Source of the DNA: an uncultured Chloroflexia bacterium
GTDB lineage: Bacteria; Chloroflexota; Dehalococcoidia; DSTF01; JACRBR01
DNA length: 64,000 nt
Assembly: GCA_963701135.1 (NCBI GenBank)
Contig: OY969567.1
Span: forward strand, 2,113,847-2,177,846
Reading direction: 5' to 3'
This document shows, in pieces, positions 33,375 to 42,515 of the stretch; the first letter of the stretch is position 1; each line of letters starts with the position of its first letter. Both the position numbers and the translations under genes were made by a program. The notes under the pieces were generated by a model, which saw nothing but the letters and a program-made list of their open reading frames with translations, was not told the origin of the DNA and searched no databases.

Positions 33375-34413
33375 TCAGGACGGTCCGCCGATCCAGCGGA
33401 AGTACTGGCCGAGGTCCGGCAACGCCGAGCCGTGCTCGCGTCAAGAAGAAGATGCCGACGAACAGGCTGAACACCGCGGCCACGAGCCCGGCCGCGACGT
33501 AGATGCTCTGCCGCCGCTGCGTCGAGACGAACCCGGCGGTGCTCATGACCGTGACGATCGAGTTCGAGATCAGCAGCCCGACGACGAACGCGCCGAGCGC
33601 CGCCGCGCCCATCGCCCGGCTGCCGGCGCCGACCGCGGTCGCGATGACCAGCACCTGCGTGCCGGTCTCGGCGCCGATGCCGTGGATCAGGCCGACGCGC
33701 GTACGCGGTCTTCACGCCGTACTGCTGCGCCTCGTGCACGTGCTCGTGCGGGCGGCCGAAGACCTTCGAGCGCACGAGGCCGAAGCCGTTGCGGACGCCG
33801 GCGAAGACGAGCATCCAGCGGCTGCGCAGGCGGAACTCCGCGCCGCCGCGGAAGAACTGGAAGATCGAGTAGAACAGGTACGCCGCCAGGAAGATCAGCG
33901 TCACGCCGACGATGCGCTCCATGATCGGGTCGATCCAGTCGGGCAGGAACTGGCGCGCGAGCAGCGCGAGCAGGCCGAGCGACGACGACGATGCTGCCGT
34001 GGCCGAGCGCGTACATCGTGCCGAGCAGCAGCGCCGGCCTCTGCCGGCGCACGAAGCTCGCCGATCGCTGGCAGGTGCCATTCGGCGGCCGTTGTGCGCG
34101 ATGCCCCAGCTCGCCGAGCGAGTGCACGTGCGACTCGGCTGTCATCGCGGCCATCGCTGCGGCCGATGCCGGCGCCGACTGCGCGGCGCGCGAGCGCAGG
34201 CGTGGTGCGACTCGTCGGTGAGCATGACGCCGGGCTCGCGCACGAGCCACGCGTCTTCGGTCGTCATCCGCGCTGGCCGCGGTGCTGGTGATGTCGGTGA
34301 TCGCGGCGATGTGGTCCCAGTCGATGCCGTGGCGGATGCCGAGCGCGAGCGCGGCGCCGAGGACGCCGACCGCGCCGCCGATGCCGAGCGGCAGACAGTA
34401 TCGTGAGGTCCAC
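33375..34413 (-). CDS. NiCoT-family nickel/cobalt permease, frameshifted as assembled
   Basis: The signature HX4DH appears in ..LALGIRHGIDWDHIAAITDIT... Other segments are ..LGTMYALGHGSIVVV.., ..RIVGVTLIFLAAYLFYSIFQFF.. and ..LISNSIVTVMSTAGF... It lies directly downstream of the Fur-family gene. Confidence 0.7.
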
Positions 34414-34441
34414 CGACAGTTCCTCTGCTGACTGATGTCCG

Positions 34442-34887
34442 CTACGTTAGTCGCCGGCAGATCTCGCGCTGGCAGGCGGCGCAGAGACCGAAGATGGCGA
34501 AGTGGTCGATGTCGGCGCCGAAAGCCGAGGTCCGTCGCGATCTGCGCGCCGAGCCTCTCGAGGTAGTGATGGTCGAGCAGCGTCACGCCGTTGCACTTCC
34601 GGCAGATCAGGTGGTGGTGGCGCTCGACGCCGACCCACTCGAACGCGGCGTCGCCGCCGCCCATGTGCGTCTCGGAGATCAGGCGCAGGTCCTTGAGCAC
34701 GGTGAGCGTGCGGTAGACCGTCGAGATGTCGACGTACGGATAGCGGCCTTCACGCGCTCGAAGATGTCGGCGGCGGTCAGGTGGCCCGGGCGCGTGCCGC
34801 AGCGAAGTGAGGATCATCATGCGCTGGGGCGTCATCTTGTGCCCCGGACTCGCGCAGGACGTCGATCGTCTCGGACTCGCAGCTCAT
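34442..34887 (-). CDS. Fur-family metal-responsive transcriptional regulator, frameshifted as assembled
   Basis: Segments include ..KMTPQRMMILTSLRHAPG.., ..YPYVDISTVYRTLTVLKDLRLISE.., ..HHHLICRKCNGV.. and C-terminal ..FGLCAACQRE.. (shifted frame). Confidence 0.8.
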
Positions 34888-34964
34888 GCCAGAAGCCTTT
34901 GTTGCAATGATTTGCGTTTACTGTACGACAGAACTGTCGGCGGCTGCAATACCCGGTCGGGCGA

Positions 34965-35062
34965 GCACTAGAACCTGGAACCTACGCAGACTAGCTGGAA
35001 CCCAGAGCCAAGCGGGCCGCGGCCCAGGCTGGTTCTTGGCTCCAGGTCTTGGTTCGCGCCGG
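34965..35062. repeat. long imperfect palindrome built from GGAACC/GGTTCC units around a perfect gggccgcggccc core
   Basis: ctagaacctggaacc...ctggaacccagagccaagc-gggccgcggccc-aggctggttcttggctccaggtcttggttc. It shares the 13-mer AGAACCTGGAACC with 1235-1247. Confidence 0.45.
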
Positions 35063-36513
35063 CTAGCCGGGCAGGGAGAGGGTGAACGTCACGCCGCCGG
35101 ACGGCGCGTTGGCGGCCTCGATCGTGCCGCCGTTGAGCTCGACGAGCTCGCGCGTGATGGCGAGGCCGAGCCCGCTGCCGGCGGATGTCCGGCGCGCGCG
35201 GTCGCCGCGGAAGAAGCGGTCGAAGACGCCGGGGCAGGTCCTCGGCCGGGATGCTGCGCGCCGGTGTTGCGTGACGGCGCACTTGACACGGCGCGGCCCG
35301 GCGCCGTTCTCGCGCCAGCCGCGCACGTCGATCGCGCCGCCGGCCGGCGTGAACTTCGCGGCGTTGTCGAGCACGTTGGTGAGCGCCCGCTCCAGCTTGT
35401 CCGGGTCGACCTGCCGAAGCACCGCGTCCGGCTCCAGCTCCGTGTATGATCGCGACGTCCTTCGCGCGCGCCTGCGGCTCGACGCGGCGCAGGCAGCGGG
35501 CGACGAGGGCGTCGAGCGGGACGTCTTCGCGGCGCGTCACGACCTGCCCGGCGTCGATCTCGCCGAGGTAGAGGAGGTCGGCGAGCAGGCGGTTCACGTG
35601 CTCCGCCTCCTCGCTTGATCACCTGCCCGATGTGCTCCGTGTCCTCGGGCCCGGCGGTGCCGTCGGTCAGCGCCTGGGCGTAGCCGGTGATCGAGGTCAT
35701 GGGCGTCTTGAGGTCGTGCGAGACGTTCGCCAGCAGCGCGCGCATCTGCGCATCGCGCTCGCCGACGTGCTCCGCCATGGCGCTGAACGAGCGCGCGAGA
35801 CGGCCGACCTCGTCGTCCCGGCCGACCTCCACGCGCTGGTCGAAATCGCCGCGCGCCATCGCCTCGGAGGCGGCCGTGAGCTTGCGAACGGGCTGCGCGA
35901 CCTGGCGCGCGAGCCCAGTGCCGCGAGCGCGGCGAGCGGCAACGCGACGAGCGCCGCGAGCCCGAGCCCGGGCAGCACGCCGACCCAGGCGCTGGCGATC
36001 GTGTCGGTCTTCACCGCGAGCACGATGCGGAACGGGAGCTGGCGGCCGCCGGTGGTGATGATCCCGGACGACGCGGCCACGAACGTCAGGTTGTGCTCCG
36101 GGTACTCCTCGCGACGGCTGCCATGCGAGGAACCCGCGCTGGAGATCGGTGTTCGTCGAGTCGGGGATCGACGATGCCGAGGCCTTTGAGCTGGTCGCCG
36201 GTGTCGTGCAGGATCGCGCCGTCGTTGGAGACGAGCAGGATGCGCACGTCCTGCTGGTGCGCAAGGTCATCGAGCGTTTCCGTGAACGGATGCTCGTCCT
36301 CTTCGCTGCGGCAGGAGCGCGAAGAGCGCCTGTTGGTAGATCGCGGGCGAGGCGGCGGCCACGCGGTCGAGCGCCTGCTGCGCCGTTCGTTGCGGGTGCG
36401 GACGACGAACACCGTCGCCCGCAAGGAAGAGCGCCAGCAAGATGACGGCGGTCAACGCAAGGACGAGCTTGGTCTGGAAGCTGAATACGAAGCGCGCGCA
36501 GATGCGCGATCAC
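35063..36513 (-). CDS. sensor histidine kinase (TM-HAMP-HisKA-HATPase_c), frameshifted as assembled
   Basis: Segments include ..FDQRVEVGRDDEVGRLARSFSAMAE.. (HAMP), ..LLANVSHDLKTPMTSITGYAQAL.. (H-box), ..NVLDNAAKFTP.. (N-box) and ..GSGLGLAITRELVELNGGTI.. (G2). The start overlaps the RR stop (GTGA). Confidence 0.8.
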
Positions 36514-37201
36514 GCCGGCACCGCCTCCACCAGTCGATAGCCGCTGCCCCATACCGTCTCGATCTTCAGGCCGGACCCTTCGAGCTTGCTGCGCAGCCGG
36601 ACGATGTGGACGTCGACGGTGCGCATGCCGTAGAACGACGTGCCCCAGACGAGGTCAAGCAGCTTCTCGCGGTCCAGCGTGACGTTCGCGAAACGCGCGA
36701 ACGTCGCGAGCAGGTCGAACTCCTTCGGCGTCAGCGTCAGCGGCTCGCCCTTGATCGTCGCGGCGCGGTTGCGGACGTCCATCCGCAGCTCGCCGATGGC
36801 GATGTGCTCGCCGCTGGGCTCGGCGGCTGCGCGGCTGCGGCGCAGCACGGACTGCACGCGGGCGACGAGCTCCGCCGGGTTGAACGGCTTGGTGACGTAG
36901 TCGTCGGCGCCGAACTGCAGTCCGGCGACCTTATCGATGTCGGACGAACGCGCCGAGAGGAAGATGACGGGCATCTCGCTGCGCTTGCGGAGATGGCGGA
37001 TGATCTGCAGCCCGTCGGGGCCGGGCATCATGATGTCGAGCACGGCGAGGTCGAACTGCCGCTCGCGCAGCAGGCGCTGGGTCTCATCGCCGTCGCGCGC
37101 GACGGTGACGTCGTAGCCGGCCTTGGTGAGGTACATGCGCACGAGGTCGGCGATGTTGCCGTCGTCGTCGGCGACGAGGATGCGAGACGGCGTCGTCGTT
37201 C
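36510..37201 (-). CDS. OmpR-family response regulator; 1-nt insertion in codon 2 as assembled
   Basis: Segments include ..ILVADDDGNIADLVRMYLTKAGYDV..DLAVLDIMMPGPDG.. and the winged helix ..LTPKEFDLLATFA..VDVHIVRLRSKLE..GYRL. The ATG at 37201 is out of frame by one A (atgAacgacg). Confidence 0.85.
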
Positions 37202-37276
37202 ATAATTGTTACAGCCTTACTATAGAAGAAACGGCGCAGGCGCACGCCCGCGCCTCGCCGTCCCCTCTATCGATCG

Positions 37277-38019
37277 TCAGGAGCGGAAGAGGCCGCTCTC
37301 CACACCTGAGCCAGGCGTCGCGCCGCCGTCGTCCTGCTCGTGCTGCTCGTCCTGGTCGCCGTGCCGGTGCATCCTGGGCCCGCCGAAGCCGTGGCCTTCG
37401 AACCGCGCAGTTCCCATCGATGATCTTGTCCAGGTGTCGCATCGAGCTGCGGCAAGCGCTTCATCCTCGCGTTTCTGGGTCAGATCGCCGTTCGTCACGG
37501 CCTCGTCCAGCTTTGCTTTTGCGCCGTCGCTGATGAACGTCTTGAGCTCATCGCGGCTCTTGCCGTGCGCCTCAGCGACGCTCGCGAGCGTTGCGTTGTC
37601 GGCGCGAAGCTCGGTCTTGAGCTGGTCCGCGGAGATGCCCAGGAAGCCGGCCAGTTTGTCGGCGGCGTCGCCCAGGCCGAACCCGATGCCCGGACCGCCA
37701 AACGCGCCGGGAAGCCGCCGTGCCCTTCGGGCCGGCGAACGGTCCGAGGACCGTCATCCGGCATCTGGTCGAGCCGCTGCTTCAGCGCGTCGGCCTGCTT
37801 CTGGGTCAGGTCGCCGTTCTGGACCGCCTCATCGATCTGGTCCGTCCGTGCGCTCTTGACGGCGTCCTTGAGCTTGGGTGCATCGATGCCGAGCTTCTGG
37901 GCGACGCGGTCCCAGAAGCTCGTGCCGGTGCTCGTGCCCGGCGTCTGCGCCACGACCGCGCCGGCACCGATGATGGCGATGGCCGCCACTCCCGCAAAGG
38001 CTACTATCCACTTCTTCAT
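37277..38019 (-). CDS. secreted protein with two internal LGI-x-A..LK ... DEAV-x-NGDLTQK repeats (DUF2680/YckD-like?), frameshifted as assembled
   Basis: The signal peptide is MKKWIVAFAGVAAIAIIGAGAVVAQ, after GAGGAGG. The two repeats read ..LGIDAPKLKDAV..IDEAVQNGDLTQKQADALKQ.. and ..LGISADQLKTEL..LDEAVTNGDLTQKREDEA.. in two frames. Confidence 0.45.
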
Positions 38020-38825
38020 CCACACCTCCTCTAGTCTCCTGCACGCAGGCTACCCATCGGCAGGGCTCAGATGTGTTTCGAACCCGTTAGCGTTGGAACG
38101 GGCCCATGAAGGCCGGTGCCGGCGGGCGCGGCCACACCCGAAATAAAGTTCCGGAATTATCCGTCGCGGCCCAACAGGTTTGGCACGTGAGGCCGATTCC
38201 TTTGGTGGACAATCGAAGATCGCTCCGACAAAGGCAAACCCGCCGAAAGGCGGCGACGCAAAGCCACGGGCCTACGTCCCACCGGGATACGGCAGCCGGG
38301 CCGCCGAAGGCACCTGAGTGGGTCGGAGTCTGCAGCCCTCATCCTGCTGCGGATTGAGGGCTTTCCCATGCCTCTCCGGCTCCATCGCGGAGAGATCGGC
38401 GTGGGCCGTATCGCACATGGCACGTGCGCAGGACAGGGCGTGACCGTCCGGCTGTTTGGCTGCGGCGATCCGTCCGGTTTCATCCCCGGGACTCTTCGCG
38501 GTTCAGTGAGCGCTTCCACCGGCGAAGTCGGCCGGAGTCACGTTACCCCAACCCCTGACCCTGACCCCCGTGACTCCGGCCCACGCAACTGCGTGCGCAC
38601 TACGTCCGAGCGAAGTGGCGCCGTACGCCTACGCCGGGCTGACCGGCGGTACGGCGCCGCCGGGTCGAGCTGAGGGCCTGCACTCCCCGCGCCGTCGACC
38701 CACCAGTCGAACGGCGCAAGTCCGCAACTGCGGACGTCCCCTCGGCTCGACCCGGCCACACCTCTACAGCATCGACCACAGCCTCCATGTCTTGAACCTG
38801 CGCCGGCGGGCAGCATCGCATTTCG

Positions 38826-39314
38826 ATGCTATGCTGGCATCGCATGGCTGCCTACTACACATCGCAGGCGTACGACGCTCCGGCGTCGCTGATCTGGTCG
38901 ATCCTCACCGACTTCCCGTCGTGGCCGCGGTGGTTTCCCCGCGTGTCCGCGGTGAACGTGGAAGACGGAGCGCCGCCCGAGCGCGGCGCGCGTCTCGTCG
39001 CCCAGGGCGACGACCCGGACATGTGGACGCGCTGGCAGATCGTCGACTGGCAGGCGCCGGCGCGTCTGGTCTGCGAGCATCTGGACTCGAATGCGCCGAT
39101 GACGTCGCAGGTGCAGGCAGCGTACCTTCAGTTCGAGCTGTTCGAGGAGCCGGAGGGCTGCACGCTGGAGGTGGAGATTGGCGCGGAGGGTTACGGCGTG
39201 GTCGGCGACTTCTTCGTCGGGATGACGCTGGGGCCGGGGGTCCGGCGCATGCTGCCCGAGCTGGTCGATGCCTTCAGCGACCACGTCGTCGAGCGCGTCG
39301 CGAACGGCCGATGA
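38826..39314 (+). CDS. SRPBCC (START/polyketide-cyclase-like) family protein
   Basis: Intact 162-aa ORF with ..YDAPASLIWSILTDFPSWPRWFP.. The size and pattern are typical of SRPBCC. The stop overlaps the next ATG (ATGA). Confidence 0.6.
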   Translation: MLCWHRMAAYYTSQAYDAPASLIWSILTDFPSWPRWFPRVSAVNVEDGAPPERGARLVAQGDDPDMWTRWQIVDWQAPARLVCEHLDSNAPMTSQVQAAYLQFELFEEPEGCTLEVEIGAEGYGVVGDFFVGMTLGPGVRRMLPELVDAFSDHVVERVANGR

Positions 39315-40349
39315 CGCTCCGGCCCGGAAAGCTGCCCGCGGCGATGCTGGCCGAACTGCTCGGCACGATCACCCATCGCGACCCGCGCGTGGTCTTCGGC
39401 CCGGGCATCGGGCGCGATGCGGCGGTGATCGACATCGGCGGCGACCGGCTGCTGGTGGCAAAGACCGACCCGGTGACGTTCGCGTCTGACCTCATCGGGT
39501 GGTACGCGGTGAACGTCAACGCCAACGACATCGCCTGCATGGGCGCGCGGCCGGCGTGGTTGCTGGCGACGGCGTTGCTCCCGCCCGGAGCGCCCGACGG
39601 CCTGCCGGCGCAAATCTTCGGACAGACTCACGGACGCGTGCGCGGGCCTGGGCATCGAGCTGGTCGGGGGGCACACGGAGGTCACGATCGGGATCGACCG
39701 CCCGATCGTGGTGGGCGCGATGCTGGGCGAGGCGTCGCGGGACGAAATCGTGCTCGGAGAGAGCGCTCAGCCCGGCGACCGCGTACTCCTGACGAAGGGC
39801 ATCGCGATCGAGGGCACGGCGCTGCTCGCGCGGGAGTGCGCGCCGCAACTCCGGAAACGAGGCGTTTCGCCCGATACGATCGCGCGGGCGGCACGAATGT
39901 TGTTCGAGCCGGGCATCAGCGTGGTGGCGGATGCGCGCGAGGTGTGCGCCGCGACGCGTCCCCGCGCGATGCACGATCCGACCGAAGGCGGGCTGGCGAC
40001 GGCGCTGCAGGAGCTGGCGCAGGCCATCGGAGCGGCGCTGCGGGTCGATCTCCAGAGGCTGCGCGTGTTCGACGAGACGCGGTCGATTTGCGGCGCGCTC
40101 GGCCTCGATCCGCTGGGCCTGCTGGCGTCCGGGGCACTGCTGGCCGTCGTCAGTTCCGAGGATTGCGACCGGGTGGCCGCCCGTCTCACGAATATGAAGA
40201 TCGAGTGCCAGGTGATCGGCGCCATCGAAGCGGGGCCAGCGAGGGTTATACTGGGGGCTGAGGACGCCGCCACTCCTGTACCACAGTTCGCACGTGACGA
40301 ACTCGCGCGCTTCTTCGACGAGGTGCAGGGACGAGGGCGAACGGATTGA
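39311..40349 (+). CDS. AIR-synthase-related (PurM/HypE/ThiL-fold) protein, one frameshift near 39620
   Basis: Segments include ..GPGIGRDAAVIDIGGDRLLVAKTDPVTF...GWYAVNVNANDIACMGARP.. and then, in another frame, ..GDRVLLTKGIAIEGTALLA..MHDPTEGGLATAL..LLASGALLAVV... Confidence 0.7.
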
Positions 40350-40371
40350 GACACCACGCGGAAGGATCGTG

Positions 40372-41778
40372 ATGCGCATGACGGAAGCAAGACCACGGAC
40401 GCTCGGTGAGCTGAAGAAGTCCGGGTATAAGGTGGCCTCCGTGAAGGAGGAGATGCGCCGGAACCTGATCCAGCGCATCCGCAGCGGCAGACCGCTGTTC
40501 GACGGCATCTACGGTTACGAAGAGTCGGTGGTGCCTCAGCTCGAGAACGCGATCCTGTCGGGCCAGGACATCATCTTCCTGGGCGAGCGCGGCCAGGCGA
40601 AGTCCCGCATGATCCGTGCGCTCACGGGGCTGCTCGATGAGGCGATCCCGATCATCGCCGGCAGCGAACTGCACGAGAACCCGTTCGAGCCCGTCACGCA
40701 CGCGAGCCGGCTACGCATCGAGCAGGAAGGCGACGACCTGGCGGTCGACTGGATCGGCCCGGACCAGCGGTATGGCGAGAAGCTGGCCACACCGGACATC
40801 ACGATCGCCGACCTCATCGGCGAGGTGGACCCGATCAAGGTGGCGGAGGGCCGCTACCTGTCCGACGAGCTGACGATCCACTACGGGCTGATCCCGCGCA
40901 CGAACCGCGGCATCTTCTGTATCAACGAGCTTCCGGACCTGGCGGAGCGCATCCAGGTCGGGCTGCTGAACATCATGGAAGAGCGCGACGTGCAGATCCG
41001 CGGCTACCGCATCCGCATGCCGCTCGACGTGCTGGTAGTGGCCTCGGCCAACCCGGAGGACTACACGAACCGCGGCCGCATCATCACGCCGCTCAAGGAC
41101 CGGTACGGCGCGCAGATCCGCACGCACTACCCGCGCAGCGTCGAGCACGAGATCGACATTATGGAGCAGGAGAGCTCCAGCTTCGACGACAACGATTACA
41201 CGGTGAGCGTACCGGCGTACATGAAGGAGATCGTCGCGGAGATCACGCGGCTCGCACGGCGCAGCCCGGACGTCAACCAGCGCTCCGGCGTGTCGGTGCG
41301 CGCCTCGATCGCGGACTACGAGAGCCTGCTCGCGAATGCGATGCGCCGCGCCATCCGGCTGGGCGAGGGCGACGTCGTGCCGCGCATCAGCGACCTGCCG
41401 TACGTCATCCCGACGATCAGCGGCAAGGTGGAGTTCGAGACGGTCGAGGACGGCAAGGAAGAGCAGATCATCGAGAAGCTGATCCAGAACGCGGTCGTGG
41501 CCGTGTTCAACCGCTACTTCAACGTCGTGGACCTGGAAGAGGTGGTTACGCGCTTCAAGGCGGGGCTTTCGACGGACGTCGGTGACCAGATGCCGTCGGA
41601 TAGCTACGTGAAGATGATGAAGTCGATCGACGGGCTGAGCAAGGCCGTGGCCAAGCTGGAGCCGGGCGAAAACCCGGCGGTGGTGGCGAGTGCGACGGAG
41701 TTCATTTTGGAGGGGCTGCACCTGAACAAGCGGCTCAACAAGGATCGCGTCGGCGGCCGAGCGCAGTATCGGGGGTGA
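40372..41778 (+). CDS. ChlI/MoxR-like AAA+ ATPase (Mg-chelatase subunit I-like)
   Basis: Intact ORF with Walker A-like FLGERGQAKS, Walker B ..GIFCINELPDL.., ..LLNIMEERDVQIRGY.. and ..LVVASANPEDYTNRGRIITPLKDRY... ATG 40372 follows GAAGGA. Confidence 0.8.
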   Translation: MRMTEARPRTLGELKKSGYKVASVKEEMRRNLIQRIRSGRPLFDGIYGYEESVVPQLENAILSGQDIIFLGERGQAKSRMIRALTGLLDEAIPIIAGSELHENPFEPVTHASRLRIEQEGDDLAVDWIGPDQRYGEKLATPDITIADLIGEVDPIKVAEGRYLSDELTIHYGLIPRTNRGIFCINELPDLAERIQVGLLNIMEERDVQIRGYRIRMPLDVLVVASANPEDYTNRGRIITPLKDRYGAQIRTHYPRSVEHEIDIMEQESSSFDDNDYTVSVPAYMKEIVAEITRLARRSPDVNQRSGVSVRASIADYESLLANAMRRAIRLGEGDVVPRISDLPYVIPTISGKVEFETVEDGKEEQIIEKLIQNAVVAVFNRYFNVVDLEEVVTRFKAGLSTDVGDQMPSDSYVKMMKSIDGLSKAVAKLEPGENPAVVASATEFILEGLHLNKRLNKDRVGGRAQYRG

Positions 41779-41780
41779 TC

Positions 41781-42110
41781 ATGGCGCAGGTCTACACTTA
41801 CTACGATGCGGACGGTACGCCGGAGATTATTCGGAACCGCGTACCCGCGGCAGGCAGCGGGAAGGTCTGGGCACGCGGCCGGTACTCGAGTGAAGTCCGT
41901 CCGAGTCCACTGGACGTCAGAGTCGGGCGCGGCATCAAGATTTGGGAGCTGATCAGGGATCTTCGTTCACTCAACGACGACTTCGACGCGCTGCTGAGAC
42001 TCCACGCACCGCACCTCGACCGAAGGGATGTGGACGCCGCGCTCGACTATTACGGGCGCTACCGTGCGGAGATCGAACGGAAGCTATCTGAAGAATTGGC
42101 CGCGGCTTGA
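41781..42110 (+). CDS. DUF433-like putative antitoxin
   Basis: About 110 aa. The C-terminal half ..IKIWELIRDLRSLNDDFDALLRLHAPHLDRRDVDAALDYY.. resembles the DUF433 HTH-like module. It has a 4-bp overlap with the downstream PIN-like gene. Confidence 0.5.
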   Translation: MAQVYTYYDADGTPEIIRNRVPAAGSGKVWARGRYSSEVRPSPLDVRVGRGIKIWELIRDLRSLNDDFDALLRLHAPHLDRRDVDAALDYYGRYRAEIERKLSEELAAA

Positions 42111-42505
42111 GTTCGCGGACCTATGCGGATGAGGACGTGTCACGACAAGTCGTCGATGAACTCCGGCGTGCACATGACGTTGAATGTCCCTCCGAAAGCG
42201 GCGGAACCGGACATTCTGACGTCTGGCATCTTCAGCGCGCCCTCGCGGGCGAGCGCATTCTGATCACCGTCAATCACAGCGACTTTCGCTTCCTGCACCG
42301 CGTGCTCACGTCCGCACACGTATTCCGGGGTGTACCTTCAACACACGCAGGCATCCTTTCCGTGGCTCAGCGACCGCAACCCGTCGAGTGGGTAACTGCT
42401 CTCAATCGGCTGCTTTCGAGCGATGAAGAACTGGACGGTCGCCTCCTTGTATGGCATACCGATCGCGACGAATGGCTGGAGGACGCCTGGCGTCCACGAG
42501 ACTGA
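42107..42505 (+). CDS. DUF5615/Mut7-C-like (PIN-like) putative toxin
   Basis: 132 aa. The pattern is YADEDVSRQVVDELRRAHDV ... D ... ERILITVNHSDF, matching the DENV..GhDv..D..RilvT.D.DF pattern of DUF5615 partners of DUF433. Confidence 0.55.
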   Translation: MSSRTYADEDVSRQVVDELRRAHDVECPSESGGTGHSDVWHLQRALAGERILITVNHSDFRFLHRVLTSAHVFRGVPSTHAGILSVAQRPQPVEWVTALNRLLSSDEELDGRLLVWHTDRDEWLEDAWRPRD

Positions 42506-42515
42506 GATAGGCATC

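Noticed and set aside
38070-38100. T-loop-like gggttcgaaac (minus strand) as a possible tRNA
   Set aside because: The flanking bases do not form a T-stem, and no acceptor, D or anticodon arms can be drawn.
38150-38420. Possible RNase P RNA or cobalamin riboswitch (GGCAAACCC and GAAA-capped hairpins)
   Set aside because: I could not find the universally conserved RNase P blocks (GAGGAAAGUCC, ACAGAAUCCGGCUUA-like) or a B12 box on either strand. I keep it only as an unassigned structured region.
38570-40261. 563-aa ORF spanning the SRPBCC gene and the AIR-synthase-related gene
   Set aside because: It is a composite. Only the segment MTLRPGKLPAAML..ARPAWLLATALLPPGAP is genuine, as the N-terminus of the AIR-synthase-related protein. 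The rest is an Arg/Gly-rich off-frame translation.
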